From assembly GCA_003228915.1 (NCBI GenBank), contig QIGL01000092.1:30377-94376 (forward strand): a stretch of DNA of 64,000 nucleotides. The letters are read 5' to 3'. The notes beneath the pieces are model-generated. The model saw only the letters and a program-made list of their open reading frames with translations. It had not been told where the DNA came from and did not search any database. Below are positions 1 through 9,801 of this stretch, in pieces. Position numbers and translations under genes: made by a program. The stretch is from Acidiferrobacteraceae bacterium (GTDB lineage Bacteria > Pseudomonadota > Gammaproteobacteria > Acidiferrobacterales > SZUA-150). Within the stretch, counting starts at the first letter, position 1. Each line of letters begins with the position of its first letter.

Positions 1-2
1 AT

Positions 3-1154
3 AAACACATAATTGTCGGTGAGCGCGCCAGTGGTCTGGCTGGTGCCTATACGGCGGTTGCCGACGATCCATCAGGATTGTTTTATAACCCAGCCGGTAT
101 TGTTTACGGAAAAAAAGGTAATCTTTCTGCCAGTGTCAATGCCTATCATACCGCCACCAAAACCTATAAAAAAGCACTGGCGGGCAATGTTGACTGGGAA
201 AGAAAGTCATCTACTTTCTTGCCTAACTTTTTCGCGTTTACCCAGCCCCTGGGTGCAGGCGTAGTGGGATTTTCCTATGCGGTTCCCGATGCCGTCAATG
301 AAAGCCAGAACCAGACTTTTCTTAACCCTAATCCGGTCTGGACATCACAGACAATAAACTTTAATGACACAGATTTAACTTATAAAATAGGCCCCAGTTA
401 TGCTATAGAGATAATAAAAGGCTTGTCAGTAGGGGCAACCCTGTATTTTCATTACCGGGAGCGGGAAACAATCAGTAATGAGCTTGCCGTTCAACCTGGT
501 GTTGGCGGTAGCGATTATCAACTTTCAAATATTTATCTCAAAACCTTTGAGACCGGCATCCAGCCCACGTTGGGCATTATGTGGAGCCCAATACAGAAAT
601 TATCTTTTGGTTTGAATATCAACAAAACAATAATTAACGATTCCCGCACTACTAAGCAAACCCAACAAAAGGCATTTGGTGATGAAGAAATCCAGTTGGC
701 GCGCACCCGTATAGATGATCAAAGGGAAATGCCGTTGACCATTGCCCTGGGCGCTGCCTGGTTCCCGACCAGCAGCCTGATGGTATCAGGTGATCTGACC
801 AACTATAGTGCCACCGAAGACGCCATTACCGGCAGCCGGGAAGCGATTACCAATTTTGCAGTTGGTCTTGAATATTATACGAGTTCGTCGCTAGCGTTTC
901 GTGGGGGTATCTACTCCAACTATTCAAATGCACCGGGCCTGAATGAGGGCAGTGCTGTGCAGCAAAACGAACAAATAAACTACTATGGCCTGACTGCCAG
1001 TATCAGTTCAGTGACTCGCAGCTCGACAATAACTTTGGGACTCGTTCATTCAATTGGTTCAGGTAAAGCCCAGATAGTAAGCGGGTCGTCAGAATTACAG
1101 GATCTGGAAGGCAGTTCAACTTCCTTGTTATTATCGACCTCTTACAATTACTAA
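3..1154 (+). CDS. Outer-membrane beta-barrel protein, 5' end cut by window edge (FadL/OMPP1-like or PorV-like)
   Basis: The frame is open from nt 3. KHIIVGERASGLAGAYTAVADDPSGL precedes the TTG at 78 where the ORF track starts. The N-terminal motif (ADDPSGLFYNPAG), the alternating strand-like pattern and the aromatic C-terminus (STSYNY) are typical of OM barrels. Confidence 0.6.
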   Translation, partial: KHIIVGERASGLAGAYTAVADDPSGLFYNPAGIVYGKKGNLSASVNAYHTATKTYKKALAGNVDWERKSSTFLPNFFAFTQPLGAGVVGFSYAVPDAVNESQNQTFLNPNPVWTSQTINFNDTDLTYKIGPSYAIEIIKGLSVGATLYFHYRERETISNELAVQPGVGGSDYQLSNIYLKTFETGIQPTLGIMWSPIQKLSFGLNINKTIINDSRTTKQTQQKAFGDEEIQLARTRIDDQREMPLTIALGAAWFPTSSLMVSGDLTNYSATEDAITGSREAITNFAVGLEYYTSSSLAFRGGIYSNYSNAPGLNEGSAVQQNEQINYYGLTASISSVTRSSTITLGLVHSIGSGKAQIVSGSSELQDLEGSSTSLLLSTSYNY

Positions 1155-1194
1155 ACTCTTTAAAATTCTGAAAAGAATGTTTTGGATGGTTATC

Positions 1195-1563
1195 CTAGAA
1201 ACACCATTCGGGCTGCTGACCTAAATCTGTCGCAATAACTGATTTAGTGTCATCTGGCTTGACCTTTACGTCTGTTGCAATATAACAACTGGTCCCGGCA
1301 CCGTAACAAACACGCACGTCATACCTGTTGGCATCATAGTCATAAATGACTGCCTGGCCCGGAGCCAGATCAACAGTGAAAGGGACTTCCCAGCCTTTGG
1401 CGCAATCTTCAGTCACCGAGATACTCGTAATATTGTTTGTTGTGTCGGCGTTGAATATTCGTAGTTCGCCCTCAAAAAAGTCATCCACGAACGCAGGGCA
1501 GGCGGTCAACTGCAGGACGATGCCGACAAGCACGGCCAATCTGGATGTTTGTTTAATATTCAT
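1195..1563 (-). CDS. Small putative lipoprotein, unknown function
   Basis: The internal ATG at 1563 gives MNIKQTSRLAVLVGIVLQLTAC, a signal peptide with a lipobox. The upstream part of the 186-aa track ORF has no signal-like features. The mature part has 4 Cys. Confidence 0.5.
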   Translation of the reverse strand: MNIKQTSRLAVLVGIVLQLTACPAFVDDFFEGELRIFNADTTNNITSISVTEDCAKGWEVPFTVDLAPGQAVIYDYDANRYDVRVCYGAGTSCYIATDVKVKPDDTKSVIATDLGQQPEWCF

Positions 1564-1784
1564 TTTTTGATTCTCGCTACAGCCATGATTGTAACGTGAA
1601 TAATATCGCCCTGTCGATTTGGCAAGACAAAGAAAATTGCCCTGAAAAACCGGGTAATCCTTACTAAGGAGCCCGGGATGTGAAAATAGAGATCCTTTCC
1701 CTGTGCCAAAGATTTTAATCGCCCAGCTAACAAATATATAATTGATGGTAGACAATAACGACGGATTAAGATTCGCGGTAAAGT

Positions 1785-2684
1785 TTATTCCAGGTTAAAT
1801 GACAACATTTCTGGTTGTCCATTACGTGTGATTTCTATTTGAATCTGGCTTAAGGTGCCGAGTTTTGCGTACTGGGTCATGGCATCCTGAATTGAATTGA
1901 GTGGTTCACCATTAACGCTGGTAATAATGTCACCCTGTTTTAAGCCAAGTTTTTCATAGAGGCTGCCTTTTTTAAGTTTCCGTACCAGGAAGCCCCCTTC
2001 CTTGCGGGGCATGATATAGGCCGCCCTCAAGAACTCAGGGTCTTTGAGTTTTTGACCGATAATACCCCTTGGCATGGAGAAGTCATTTTTGCCAAGTCGT
2101 CTAATCTGACCATCAAGATTTTGATTATTAGTTTTAATAACCGAAACAGCATCGCTGGCCAGTCCTTCAGCCATGTCTTCAAGTACAAGACTTTCGAGGA
2201 CACCGGCACGTTGTAAAATTGCGCGATCAGGATAAACGGCGTGAAGTATAGCGCCATGGGCGACCTCTTCTCCCAGTGTAAAGGCGGCTTGTGGCTGACC
2301 GTCTGCGCTTATGAGGGCCACGCTGTCTTCACCGGCCGCCACGATCCCGGTTAAAATCAGATTCAGGCTGCTTAAAGGCACTTCAGTGGGCGTTTCCTGG
2401 TTTTCGATAATATTGGCCTGGCCAAATAAATTTGCATTCAGTAAAATTTGAATGTCAGGGATTTTGTTCTTACCCACTTGCAGGGATGAGCCTGCGGACA
2501 CGACTACATGGGGTAAATTTGGCCGGACAAGACGCCAGGTCCAGTCGGCCATGCTGGCAGCGAGCATGAAAATCACAAAAATATTTAATAACAGGAACAG
2601 GCGATTAGCACCAAATCGTTGAACAATAGATTGCCAAACCTGTGTCAGGGATTGGGTAACTGCTTCAAGGGCATCAGTAGTCAT
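1785..2684 (-). CDS. Type II secretion protein GspC-like (N-terminal TM segment plus C-terminal PDZ)
   Basis: One N-terminal TM helix (LFLLLNIFVIFMLAASMADW) and a C-terminal PDZ-like segment (GLKQGDIITSVNGEPLNS). The length and layout match GspC/PulC. Confidence 0.55.
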   Translation of the reverse strand: MTTDALEAVTQSLTQVWQSIVQRFGANRLFLLLNIFVIFMLAASMADWTWRLVRPNLPHVVVSAGSSLQVGKNKIPDIQILLNANLFGQANIIENQETPTEVPLSSLNLILTGIVAAGEDSVALISADGQPQAAFTLGEEVAHGAILHAVYPDRAILQRAGVLESLVLEDMAEGLASDAVSVIKTNNQNLDGQIRRLGKNDFSMPRGIIGQKLKDPEFLRAAYIMPRKEGGFLVRKLKKGSLYEKLGLKQGDIITSVNGEPLNSIQDAMTQYAKLGTLSQIQIEITRNGQPEMLSFNLE

Positions 2685-2877
2685 AAACCAATTATAACGG
2701 AATTGCTAAAATGCGGTCGAATTTATTGCCTACTGCAGGACTTGGAGAATTTGGCAAATTTGGATTATTGAGACTGTACTGATTGTTCAATGCCGGATAT
2801 CATCCCGGAGGTGCGTCATCCCAGAGAAACGCATTAATACCCCTTAAAACAAGCCAAAAAGCAGAATATTTTCCCAG

Positions 2878-3537
2878 TTGGAAGCTAAATTAAAGAAAAA
2901 AATACCTCCGGACGCAGTGATGTACCTGTCAGAGACTTGTCCACATTGCCCGCAAGTATTGCTGAATCTGACTGATCTTTTGAAGGCGGGTGATATAGCC
3001 AGTCTTCAGTTGTTAAATATTTCCCATTTTTCACGGCAAGCCGAGACGTTGAATATCAAAAGCCTGCCTTGGGTAAAAATTGGCCCCTTTGAGATTGAAG
3101 GCCTGAGCTCTGCTCACGAGTATGCAAAATGGGCCAGGCTGGTGAACACTATCGAAGGCTTATGCAATTATTTAAAGCTATTGCTCGAAACTGGCCAGCT
3201 ACAAAAGGCGGGGTATGTAGTTGAGTCAGAAGATGAAGGATTTGATGCCCTGATCGCATTATTGTCCGATGGAAAAGCCAATATTACCGTGCGAACAGGT
3301 GCGTCTGCGCTCCTGGAAGCGCATGAGGGTAGTCAAAAGCTGGAACAGGCGATGCCAGTAATCGCTGAAATGCTGAAATCAGATAGGGCAAATATTCGGG
3401 CAGATGCTTGTTATTTTCTTGGGCTTACGCATAATCCAATGGCAATTTCAAAACTCAAGCCGATGTTGCAAGACGGGGACAGCCAGGTTTATGAGCTCGC
3501 CAGTGAAAGCATAGAAAAATTATCGGCATATAGATAA
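2878..3537 (+). CDS. Thioredoxin-like (CxxC) protein with HEAT-like repeats
   Basis: CPHC motif near the N-terminus (LSETCPHCPQVL). The C-terminal half has HEAT-like repeats (ANIRADACYFLGLTHNPMAISKLKPMLQDGDSQV). The start is uncertain: TTG at 2878 or ATG at 2920. Confidence 0.5.
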   Translation: MEAKLKKKIPPDAVMYLSETCPHCPQVLLNLTDLLKAGDIASLQLLNISHFSRQAETLNIKSLPWVKIGPFEIEGLSSAHEYAKWARLVNTIEGLCNYLKLLLETGQLQKAGYVVESEDEGFDALIALLSDGKANITVRTGASALLEAHEGSQKLEQAMPVIAEMLKSDRANIRADACYFLGLTHNPMAISKLKPMLQDGDSQVYELASESIEKLSAYR

Positions 3538-3591
3538 TCGGTATGTAGATATATAGCTAAATTATTCAGCACTAATTTACCAGGAGAAGTT

Positions 3592-4122
3592 ATGTTTAAG
3601 TTTATTTCAGTCACAATTACGACCGTATTTATTGGTCTTGTTTTAAGTATCCCTGTGCAGGCCGAAAATGCTGTTAAAGTTGGTTACGTTGATCTTCAGG
3701 CAGTCATTAATCTGAGTAAAGCAGGAAAGAAAGAACAGGAAAAAATAAAAGAATTTATTAAAACGCGTCAAAAAAAAATAGCTGCAGAAGAAAAAAAGCT
3801 TGAAGCAGCAGGAAAAAAATTCGAGAAAGACTTGCTTACTATGAGCAAGGAACAACAAGATAAAAAGAAAAAAGAATTCCAGAAAAAATTAATAAATTTT
3901 CGGAAACTGGCGCGAGATTCAGAAAAAGAGGTCAAAAAGAAGGAGTCGCTTTTCACCAAAAGGGCTTTGGCCGAATTGAAAGGAATTGTTGCTTCTATTG
4001 CCAAGGAAAAAAAGTTTACGTTTATAGTAGAGAAGAGTGAAGGTGCAGTATTATATTCACAGGATGGTATGGATATAACAGATCCGGTCATGAAAGAATT
4101 TGATAAAAAGTTCGCCAAGTAA
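3592..4122 (+). CDS. skp: Periplasmic chaperone Skp/OmpH family
   Basis: Signal peptide (VLSIPVQAENA), then VGYVDLQAVINLSKAGK and a long Lys/Glu-rich coiled coil, as in OmpH/Skp. There is an SD (GGAGAAG) before the ATG. Confidence 0.8.
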   Translation: MFKFISVTITTVFIGLVLSIPVQAENAVKVGYVDLQAVINLSKAGKKEQEKIKEFIKTRQKKIAAEEKKLEAAGKKFEKDLLTMSKEQQDKKKKEFQKKLINFRKLARDSEKEVKKKESLFTKRALAELKGIVASIAKEKKFTFIVEKSEGAVLYSQDGMDITDPVMKEFDKKFAK

Positions 4123-4147
4123 TTTGTAGTATTTCAGACTGAAAAAA

Positions 4148-4639
4148 TTATAAATTTCGATATTGCTCCTCTGGATTTAGCCCCAGTCGTTTGCAGGCGA
4201 GTCTGCGACTGGCAACCAGTTGATCTCGTGGCACATAGATAAGCCCGGCAACTTTACGAATTAAGTGTTCTTCATACTTGTCCAGGTTGTGATCACTCAG
4301 GGCAACCTGCCACATATTTGCCATTATTTCTGTTTTTTCTTTTAAGTCAAAATTTTTATTAATCAGGGTGGTAAATGGATGATACGAAGTAAGCCGGTCT
4401 GCCTGTTGTTCTGCCAGTAAGATTAATTCATTAACTTTCTCCTCGTTCAAACTCAGATTTTTCGAAAGTATTTCACGGATCGTTTTGAGTTCTATTTTTG
4501 TAATATCATGATCGGAGCGCATAACCTCAATTAACATGCAGGCAGTAGCCAGGTTTACGTGATGTTCATCATGATGTTTCCCGCCGTCGGAAGACTCCTT
4601 AAAATATTTGGCAACAAAGTTATCAATAGCATTTATCAT
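4148..4639 (-). CDS. TerB-family (tellurite-resistance TerB-like) protein
   Basis: 163 aa and all-helical. Segments such as ATACMLIEVMRSDHDITKIELKTIREIL and MANMWQVALSDHNLDKYEEHLIRKVA resemble the two-repeat TerB fold. This assignment is by recollection only. Confidence 0.5.
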   Translation of the reverse strand: MINAIDNFVAKYFKESSDGGKHHDEHHVNLATACMLIEVMRSDHDITKIELKTIREILSKNLSLNEEKVNELILLAEQQADRLTSYHPFTTLINKNFDLKEKTEIMANMWQVALSDHNLDKYEEHLIRKVAGLIYVPRDQLVASRRLACKRLGLNPEEQYRNL

Positions 4640-4757
4640 AGTTAACCCATTAAAGTTACATTCAACGCAGGGATTTTAATTCACTTTATTCTGACTTTTC
4701 TTTGTGCTTTTATGAAGTTATAGCCATACTTAATGTAAGAGGCAGAACCTGCTTCGA

Positions 4758-7013
4758 ATGCACAGTTTAGCATTCCTTGCCGGTGAGCGCAGGATTATGG
4801 AAAAAACAGGAATAAAAGACAAAACACATGCAGCTGCAAAATCAGGACTTGAAACACCTGAAGCGCTGGCGCCCCTGTGCATAAATCGTAGCGATCATGA
4901 TGTCAAAGCCATTATCAAGGCATGGCAACTGGCCAATTCTGCCCACCAGTCCCAGGTCCGGGTTTCCGGTGAACCATTTGTCGAGCATGTACTTGCCGTT
5001 GCAGTCATCCTGGCAAAGTTAAGACTTGATAGTGAAACTATTGTTGCCGCCTTGTTGCACGATGTCGTTGAGGATACAGCTGTCAAATCTGAAGATTTGA
5101 AAAGAGATTTTGGCGAAGGTGTTGCCCGTCTTGTGGAAGGCGTTACAAAAATGAGTCATATCCAGGTTATACATGATGAGCCTGAAAAAAAGAAAAAGGA
5201 GCACGCCCGGGCAGAAAGTTTACGAAAAATGTTGTTGGCGATGGCCGAGGATGTCAGGGTGGTGCTGATTAAGTTAGCCGATCGTTTGCATAATATGCGA
5301 ACCCTGAGCTCGCTACCCGAAGACAAGCAACAACGTATTGCCCGTGAAACAATGGATATATTTGCACCCTTGGCGAATCGTCTGGGTATTTGGCAAATAA
5401 AATGGGAGCTGGAAGATCTGTCATTCCGTTATATAGAGCCCAATGCCTATCACGATATTGCCAATATGCTGGCGGAAAGGCGAATTGATCGTGAGCAATA
5501 TCTTGAGAAATTTGTAACCCAGGTAAAAACTGAATTGGCGAACGCAAATATTTCGGCAGATGTTTATGGCCGACCCAAGCATATATTTGGCATTTGGAAA
5601 AAAATGCGCAGCAAAAGAAAAGGATTCCATGAGATATATGATGTCCGGGCAGTGCGAATTGTTACCCGGGAAATAAAAGATTGTTACGCAGCGTTAGGGA
5701 TAGTTCATACCCTGTGGCAATACATTCCCGGTGAATTTGATGACTATATCGCCACGCCGAAAGAGAATCATTACCGCTCAATCCATACAGCGGTAATTGG
5801 CGAAGAAGGCAAAACAGTTGAGATCCAGTTGCGCACAAAAGAAATGCACCAGCAATCTGAATATGGAATTGCGGCCCACTGGCGATACAAGGAAGGTACA
5901 GAGGCTGATGCCAGTTTTGATGAGAAGATAAACTGGTTAAGGCAGCTACTGGAATGGAAGGACGAAGTTTCAGGGGCCAGTGAATTTGTTGATCAATTTA
6001 AATCAGCAGTATTTTCAGATCGTGTTTATGTGTTCACACCCATGGGAAATATCATTGACTTGCCCCAGGGCGCTACGCCAATTGATTTTGCTTACGAGAT
6101 TCATTCTGAAGTCGGTCATCGTTGTCGGGGTGCAAAAGTTGACGGCAGAATAGTACCGCTTACTTACGTACTAAAAACCGGAACCAAGGTTGAGATACTA
6201 ACAGTCAAAAAAGGCGGGCCAAGCAGGGACTGGCTGAACCCACACCTGGGATATATACATACCACACGTGCTCGCACCAAGGCCCAATACTGGTTTCGTC
6301 AACAGGATCGTGAAAACAATATTGCATCGGGGCGTAACAGTATAGAGCGGGAACTTAAAAGACTGGGTTATCATGAAATTGGGCATGAGGCCATGGCGCA
6401 CGCCGCAGCTTATGATGATACGGACGACTTTTTTGCCGCAATTGGCCGAGGCGAATTTAAGAACACGCAAGTTATAAATGTCATCAAATCACTGGTTAGT
6501 CCTGCAGCGCCGAAACCGGATTCAGGCAAGCTTGTTACCCATAAACGAAAAGTCACGGGCACCGGCGCTATCCAGATCCAGGGCATTGGAAATTTGCTCA
6601 CACAAATGGGGCAATGTTGTAAGCCCGTGTATGGCGATCAAATTATTGGATACATTACCCGGGGACGCGGTGTGACGGTGCACAGGTCTGATTGTCCAAA
6701 CGTACTCAAATATATTAACGAACAGAATGAACGATTGATCGAGGTTGGTTGGGGGAATGAAAAGGGCGAAACTTATCCTGTGGATATTCAAATACAGGCC
6801 TATGATCGTCATGGTTTATTAAAGGATGTGACATCATTACTCTCAGATGAAAAATTGAATGTGGTCGCTGTCAATACGTCTCTGGATCAAAATAAAAATA
6901 TGGCAAATATACTGGTTACGGTTGAGATTGAAGATATTTCGGCGTTAAGCCGGGTGCTGGTGAAACTGGAACAGTTACCCAATGTCCTGGAGGCATCACG
7001 ACGCAGGTCATAA
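4758..7013 (+). CDS. spoT: Bifunctional (p)ppGpp synthetase/hydrolase, SpoT type
   Basis: An intact HD hydrolase motif (ALLHDVVEDT), a synthetase region (YRSIHTAV, EIQLRT), TGS (VYVFTPMGNIIDLPQGATPIDFAY) and a C-terminal ACT-like domain. The start may be the ATG at 4797. Confidence 0.9.
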   Translation: MHSLAFLAGERRIMEKTGIKDKTHAAAKSGLETPEALAPLCINRSDHDVKAIIKAWQLANSAHQSQVRVSGEPFVEHVLAVAVILAKLRLDSETIVAALLHDVVEDTAVKSEDLKRDFGEGVARLVEGVTKMSHIQVIHDEPEKKKKEHARAESLRKMLLAMAEDVRVVLIKLADRLHNMRTLSSLPEDKQQRIARETMDIFAPLANRLGIWQIKWELEDLSFRYIEPNAYHDIANMLAERRIDREQYLEKFVTQVKTELANANISADVYGRPKHIFGIWKKMRSKRKGFHEIYDVRAVRIVTREIKDCYAALGIVHTLWQYIPGEFDDYIATPKENHYRSIHTAVIGEEGKTVEIQLRTKEMHQQSEYGIAAHWRYKEGTEADASFDEKINWLRQLLEWKDEVSGASEFVDQFKSAVFSDRVYVFTPMGNIIDLPQGATPIDFAYEIHSEVGHRCRGAKVDGRIVPLTYVLKTGTKVEILTVKKGGPSRDWLNPHLGYIHTTRARTKAQYWFRQQDRENNIASGRNSIERELKRLGYHEIGHEAMAHAAAYDDTDDFFAAIGRGEFKNTQVINVIKSLVSPAAPKPDSGKLVTHKRKVTGTGAIQIQGIGNLLTQMGQCCKPVYGDQIIGYITRGRGVTVHRSDCPNVLKYINEQNERLIEVGWGNEKGETYPVDIQIQAYDRHGLLKDVTSLLSDEKLNVVAVNTSLDQNKNMANILVTVEIEDISALSRVLVKLEQLPNVLEASRRRS

Positions 7014-7074
7014 GAGGGCCAGGTTAATATTTCTTAGCCGGAAATCATCCAATAAATTTTAGATATCTATATGT

Positions 7075-8250
7075 ATGAATAAGAAAAAATTGTCCGAGCT
7101 TAAGTCATTACTAAGTTTGCCCACGGCGCCTTTTCGTGAACAGTATATTATTGAGCATGTTGTCAGCGTGCTCTCGAAATCAAAGGTTCCGTTTTTCAAA
7201 GATCCTTGTGGCAATATTGTCATCGGCGTTTCATCAGTTGGGCAATATAAAAAACTTGTTCAGCGACCATCAAGGGAACCGGTGCGATTATTTATAGCCC
7301 ATATGGATCACCCGGGATTTCATGGCATCAAATGGTTAAAAAACAGGAATTTACTCGTGAAATGGTTTGGTGGCTCACCAGTTAAGTATGTTTCTGGAGC
7401 CAAAGTGTCTGTATTTGGTAACGATAATAATGCTTGTCTCTACGGAAAAATAATCAGACCAAAATTGGTAACCAAAAAATGGGCTATAGATACTGCCGAG
7501 ATAAGGTTTGATCCGGGACAAATAGAATATAAAAACAGGCCCAGGCCCCCGGAGTTATTTGGTAGTTTTAAATTTACAAGGCCGGTTACCGTACGTGGTA
7601 AGCGGCTTTATACAAATGCTGTCGATGACCTGTGTGGCGTTTTTGTAATTTTACAAACTGCCATAACCAGCTTCAAGGCCACATCCAGAAAAGAGAAACC
7701 ATTTCTTGGTCTCCTGACCCGGGCCGAAGAAGTAGGCTTTGTCGGTGCTGTCGCGCATTTTGATCTGGGTTGGTTGCATCAAGCACAGCGCAACGTTGTT
7801 TGTATCAGCCTGGAGGCATCAAGAACCTTGCCTGGCGCCCGACTCGGCAAAGGCCCGGTTGTCAGGATCGGCGACAGGCGCACGGTTTTTAGTGCCAATG
7901 AGTTAAAGGTGTTGTCAGATCTGGCAGAAAAAGTGCTGCCAGGCAAGCACCAGAAGCGAATTATGGACGGCGGCGCCTGTGAAGCGACGGCCGCTACTGT
8001 ATTTGGCTTGCCGGCAATTGGTATTTCCCTGCCATTGGGAAATTATCATAACCAGGGATTTGAGGGCGGGCCGGAGTGTCGTGGCCCGGGCGGTCCGGCA
8101 CCGGAATTTGTCCACCTGGATGATATTCAGGGTGAAATAAAATTATGCCGGTCACTAATGCGCACAGGACTAGATTGGCGGCAACCCTGGAAAAAACAAA
8201 AAAAATTGTTGCTTGAAAATAAAAAATATTATGCTAAATATATGAAGTAG
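7075..8250 (+). CDS. M42/M28-clan metallopeptidase-like protein
   Basis: The ordered motifs FIAHMDHPGF, NAVDDLCGV, TRAEEVGFVGA, GKGPVVRIGD and MDGGACEATA match the metal-binding layout of M42 aminopeptidase/endoglucanase-like enzymes. Confidence 0.55.
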   Translation: MNKKKLSELKSLLSLPTAPFREQYIIEHVVSVLSKSKVPFFKDPCGNIVIGVSSVGQYKKLVQRPSREPVRLFIAHMDHPGFHGIKWLKNRNLLVKWFGGSPVKYVSGAKVSVFGNDNNACLYGKIIRPKLVTKKWAIDTAEIRFDPGQIEYKNRPRPPELFGSFKFTRPVTVRGKRLYTNAVDDLCGVFVILQTAITSFKATSRKEKPFLGLLTRAEEVGFVGAVAHFDLGWLHQAQRNVVCISLEASRTLPGARLGKGPVVRIGDRRTVFSANELKVLSDLAEKVLPGKHQKRIMDGGACEATAATVFGLPAIGISLPLGNYHNQGFEGGPECRGPGGPAPEFVHLDDIQGEIKLCRSLMRTGLDWRQPWKKQKKLLLENKKYYAKYMK

Positions 8251-8311
8251 TAATTCTGAATAAATATAGTTATTCGTTTACAAAATTATTTAAATAATTT
8301 ATCAGGGGGAG

Positions 8312-9058
8312 ATGGACGTGGATCGAATATTCTGGATCAACAAGGCCAAAGCATCAGGAGTCCACCTGGCACTGAGTGCAGGTATATTTTTTCTGTTCCT
8401 TTATGTGCTAATTTTTTACTGGTATCCCTTGCCATATTTCCATTCCGATGGCGGTTGGCAGGGTGTTCGAATAATGTTATTCGTAGATGTTGTATTGGGT
8501 CCGCTACTCACGTTCATCGTTTTTAATTACAAAAAACCACGTAACAAAATAATTTTTGATTTGTCTGTTATTGCTGCTATCCAGTTAGGCGCATTAATCT
8601 GGGGTGTAAATGCTGTCTATAATGGTCGACCTGTAGTGATTGTTTATTATGAAGGAAGTTTTAGTTCCCAAGAGGCCAGGGTTTTTTATGATCTGGGTGT
8701 TGATATTAATAAGATTAAAGGAGAGGGGAATCCGCCCATTGTTGTTGTTTCAGCGTTGAAAGGGCGGGCTGATGGGAAGGCAAGAGTTAAACTTTACAAT
8801 CGTGGATTTAGTGAATTACAAATTATTGATACCTATGAGACGGTTCCGGAAAATATAGATAGAATTAAAGGTGATGCTGATACTTTTAACTTTTATTTTT
8901 CAAGAAACAAGACCAGAAAAAAAATGCTTGAACAATATTTAAAAATTGGTAATAAGAATCGAGAGGATTTTATTATCAGGAATTACATTGGTAAATTTTC
9001 CGGTGGACTGATTATTTTAGATAAGCAAGGCAAATATATTGAGACGCTTATTGATTAA
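8312..9058 (+). CDS. Membrane protein resembling type IV pilin accessory proteins (TfpY/TfpZ/FimB-like)
   Basis: Three predicted TM helices. The block WYPLPYF...DVVLGPLLTFIVFNYKKPRNKIIFDLSVIAAIQLGALIWGV...GRP matches my recollection of the conserved core of pilin accessory proteins. Confidence 0.4.
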   Translation: MDVDRIFWINKAKASGVHLALSAGIFFLFLYVLIFYWYPLPYFHSDGGWQGVRIMLFVDVVLGPLLTFIVFNYKKPRNKIIFDLSVIAAIQLGALIWGVNAVYNGRPVVIVYYEGSFSSQEARVFYDLGVDINKIKGEGNPPIVVVSALKGRADGKARVKLYNRGFSELQIIDTYETVPENIDRIKGDADTFNFYFSRNKTRKKMLEQYLKIGNKNREDFIIRNYIGKFSGGLIILDKQGKYIETLID

Positions 9059-9144
9059 TTACGGATACCCTTAAAAACTTCTGATGATATTCAGGATTCT
9101 ACTTATGGGGAAACACACCGCGTACTTGTTACCGGTAAAATGAT

Positions 9145-9783
9145 TTAAGCGTTACGCCGGTACATTATCCGGGTAAGTTCTATTACCAGTTGTTGCGATA
9201 CATCTTCCATTACCGAATAAATTGTGTCAGATAGTTTGTCCCTGGCTACGCCAATCAGGTGTGGCATACGAACCGAATGACTGAGAATTCTTGTCTCCTG
9301 GTTGTACAAATGTAATATTCCGCCAAGCCACGTCAAAAACTGGTTTCGACTATAGAGCCTGGCAAAAACAGTCCGGATACGCGGTGTTTTTCCCCATTGC
9401 TGGAACAACCGGTATGCCGCACCAAGCAATTGCTCCATGCGTTGACGCCTGATTTTTTCTATTTCTCCATATTCAATTTCGATCGAAATTGGTAATGCTG
9501 ACGTCTGTTGAAAAAACTCCTGATCGATTTTTCTGGCTTTTTGTAGAAGTGGGGCAATTGGTATCTCCTCAAGTGGTTTCCCTTCTTGTTTTGCCTGGTA
9601 GGCACTGGATATAACGAGAATATCCTTTTTTTCTTCCTTTTTTACATTTGCATCAAGAAATGACTGGAACGGGGGTAACAGCAATTGAAATAAAGTATGT
9701 TTCTTCAGGGCCTCGGAAGTGCCCCGGCTAAAGGCGCGCAGCATGTATTGATCCATTGCGCATAACACGCGTACTTTATCCAT
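9145..9783 (-). CDS. Hypothetical protein (212 aa), no recognisable domain
   Basis: Long ORF with an ATG start 18 nt downstream of the methyltransferase stop on the same strand. Helical and charged composition, with no motif I can name. Confidence 0.4.
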   Translation of the reverse strand: MDKVRVLCAMDQYMLRAFSRGTSEALKKHTLFQLLLPPFQSFLDANVKKEEKKDILVISSAYQAKQEGKPLEEIPIAPLLQKARKIDQEFFQQTSALPISIEIEYGEIEKIRRQRMEQLLGAAYRLFQQWGKTPRIRTVFARLYSRNQFLTWLGGILHLYNQETRILSHSVRMPHLIGVARDKLSDTIYSVMEDVSQQLVIELTRIMYRRNA

Positions 9784-9801
9784 AATGAAAACCGGTCACT
9801 G

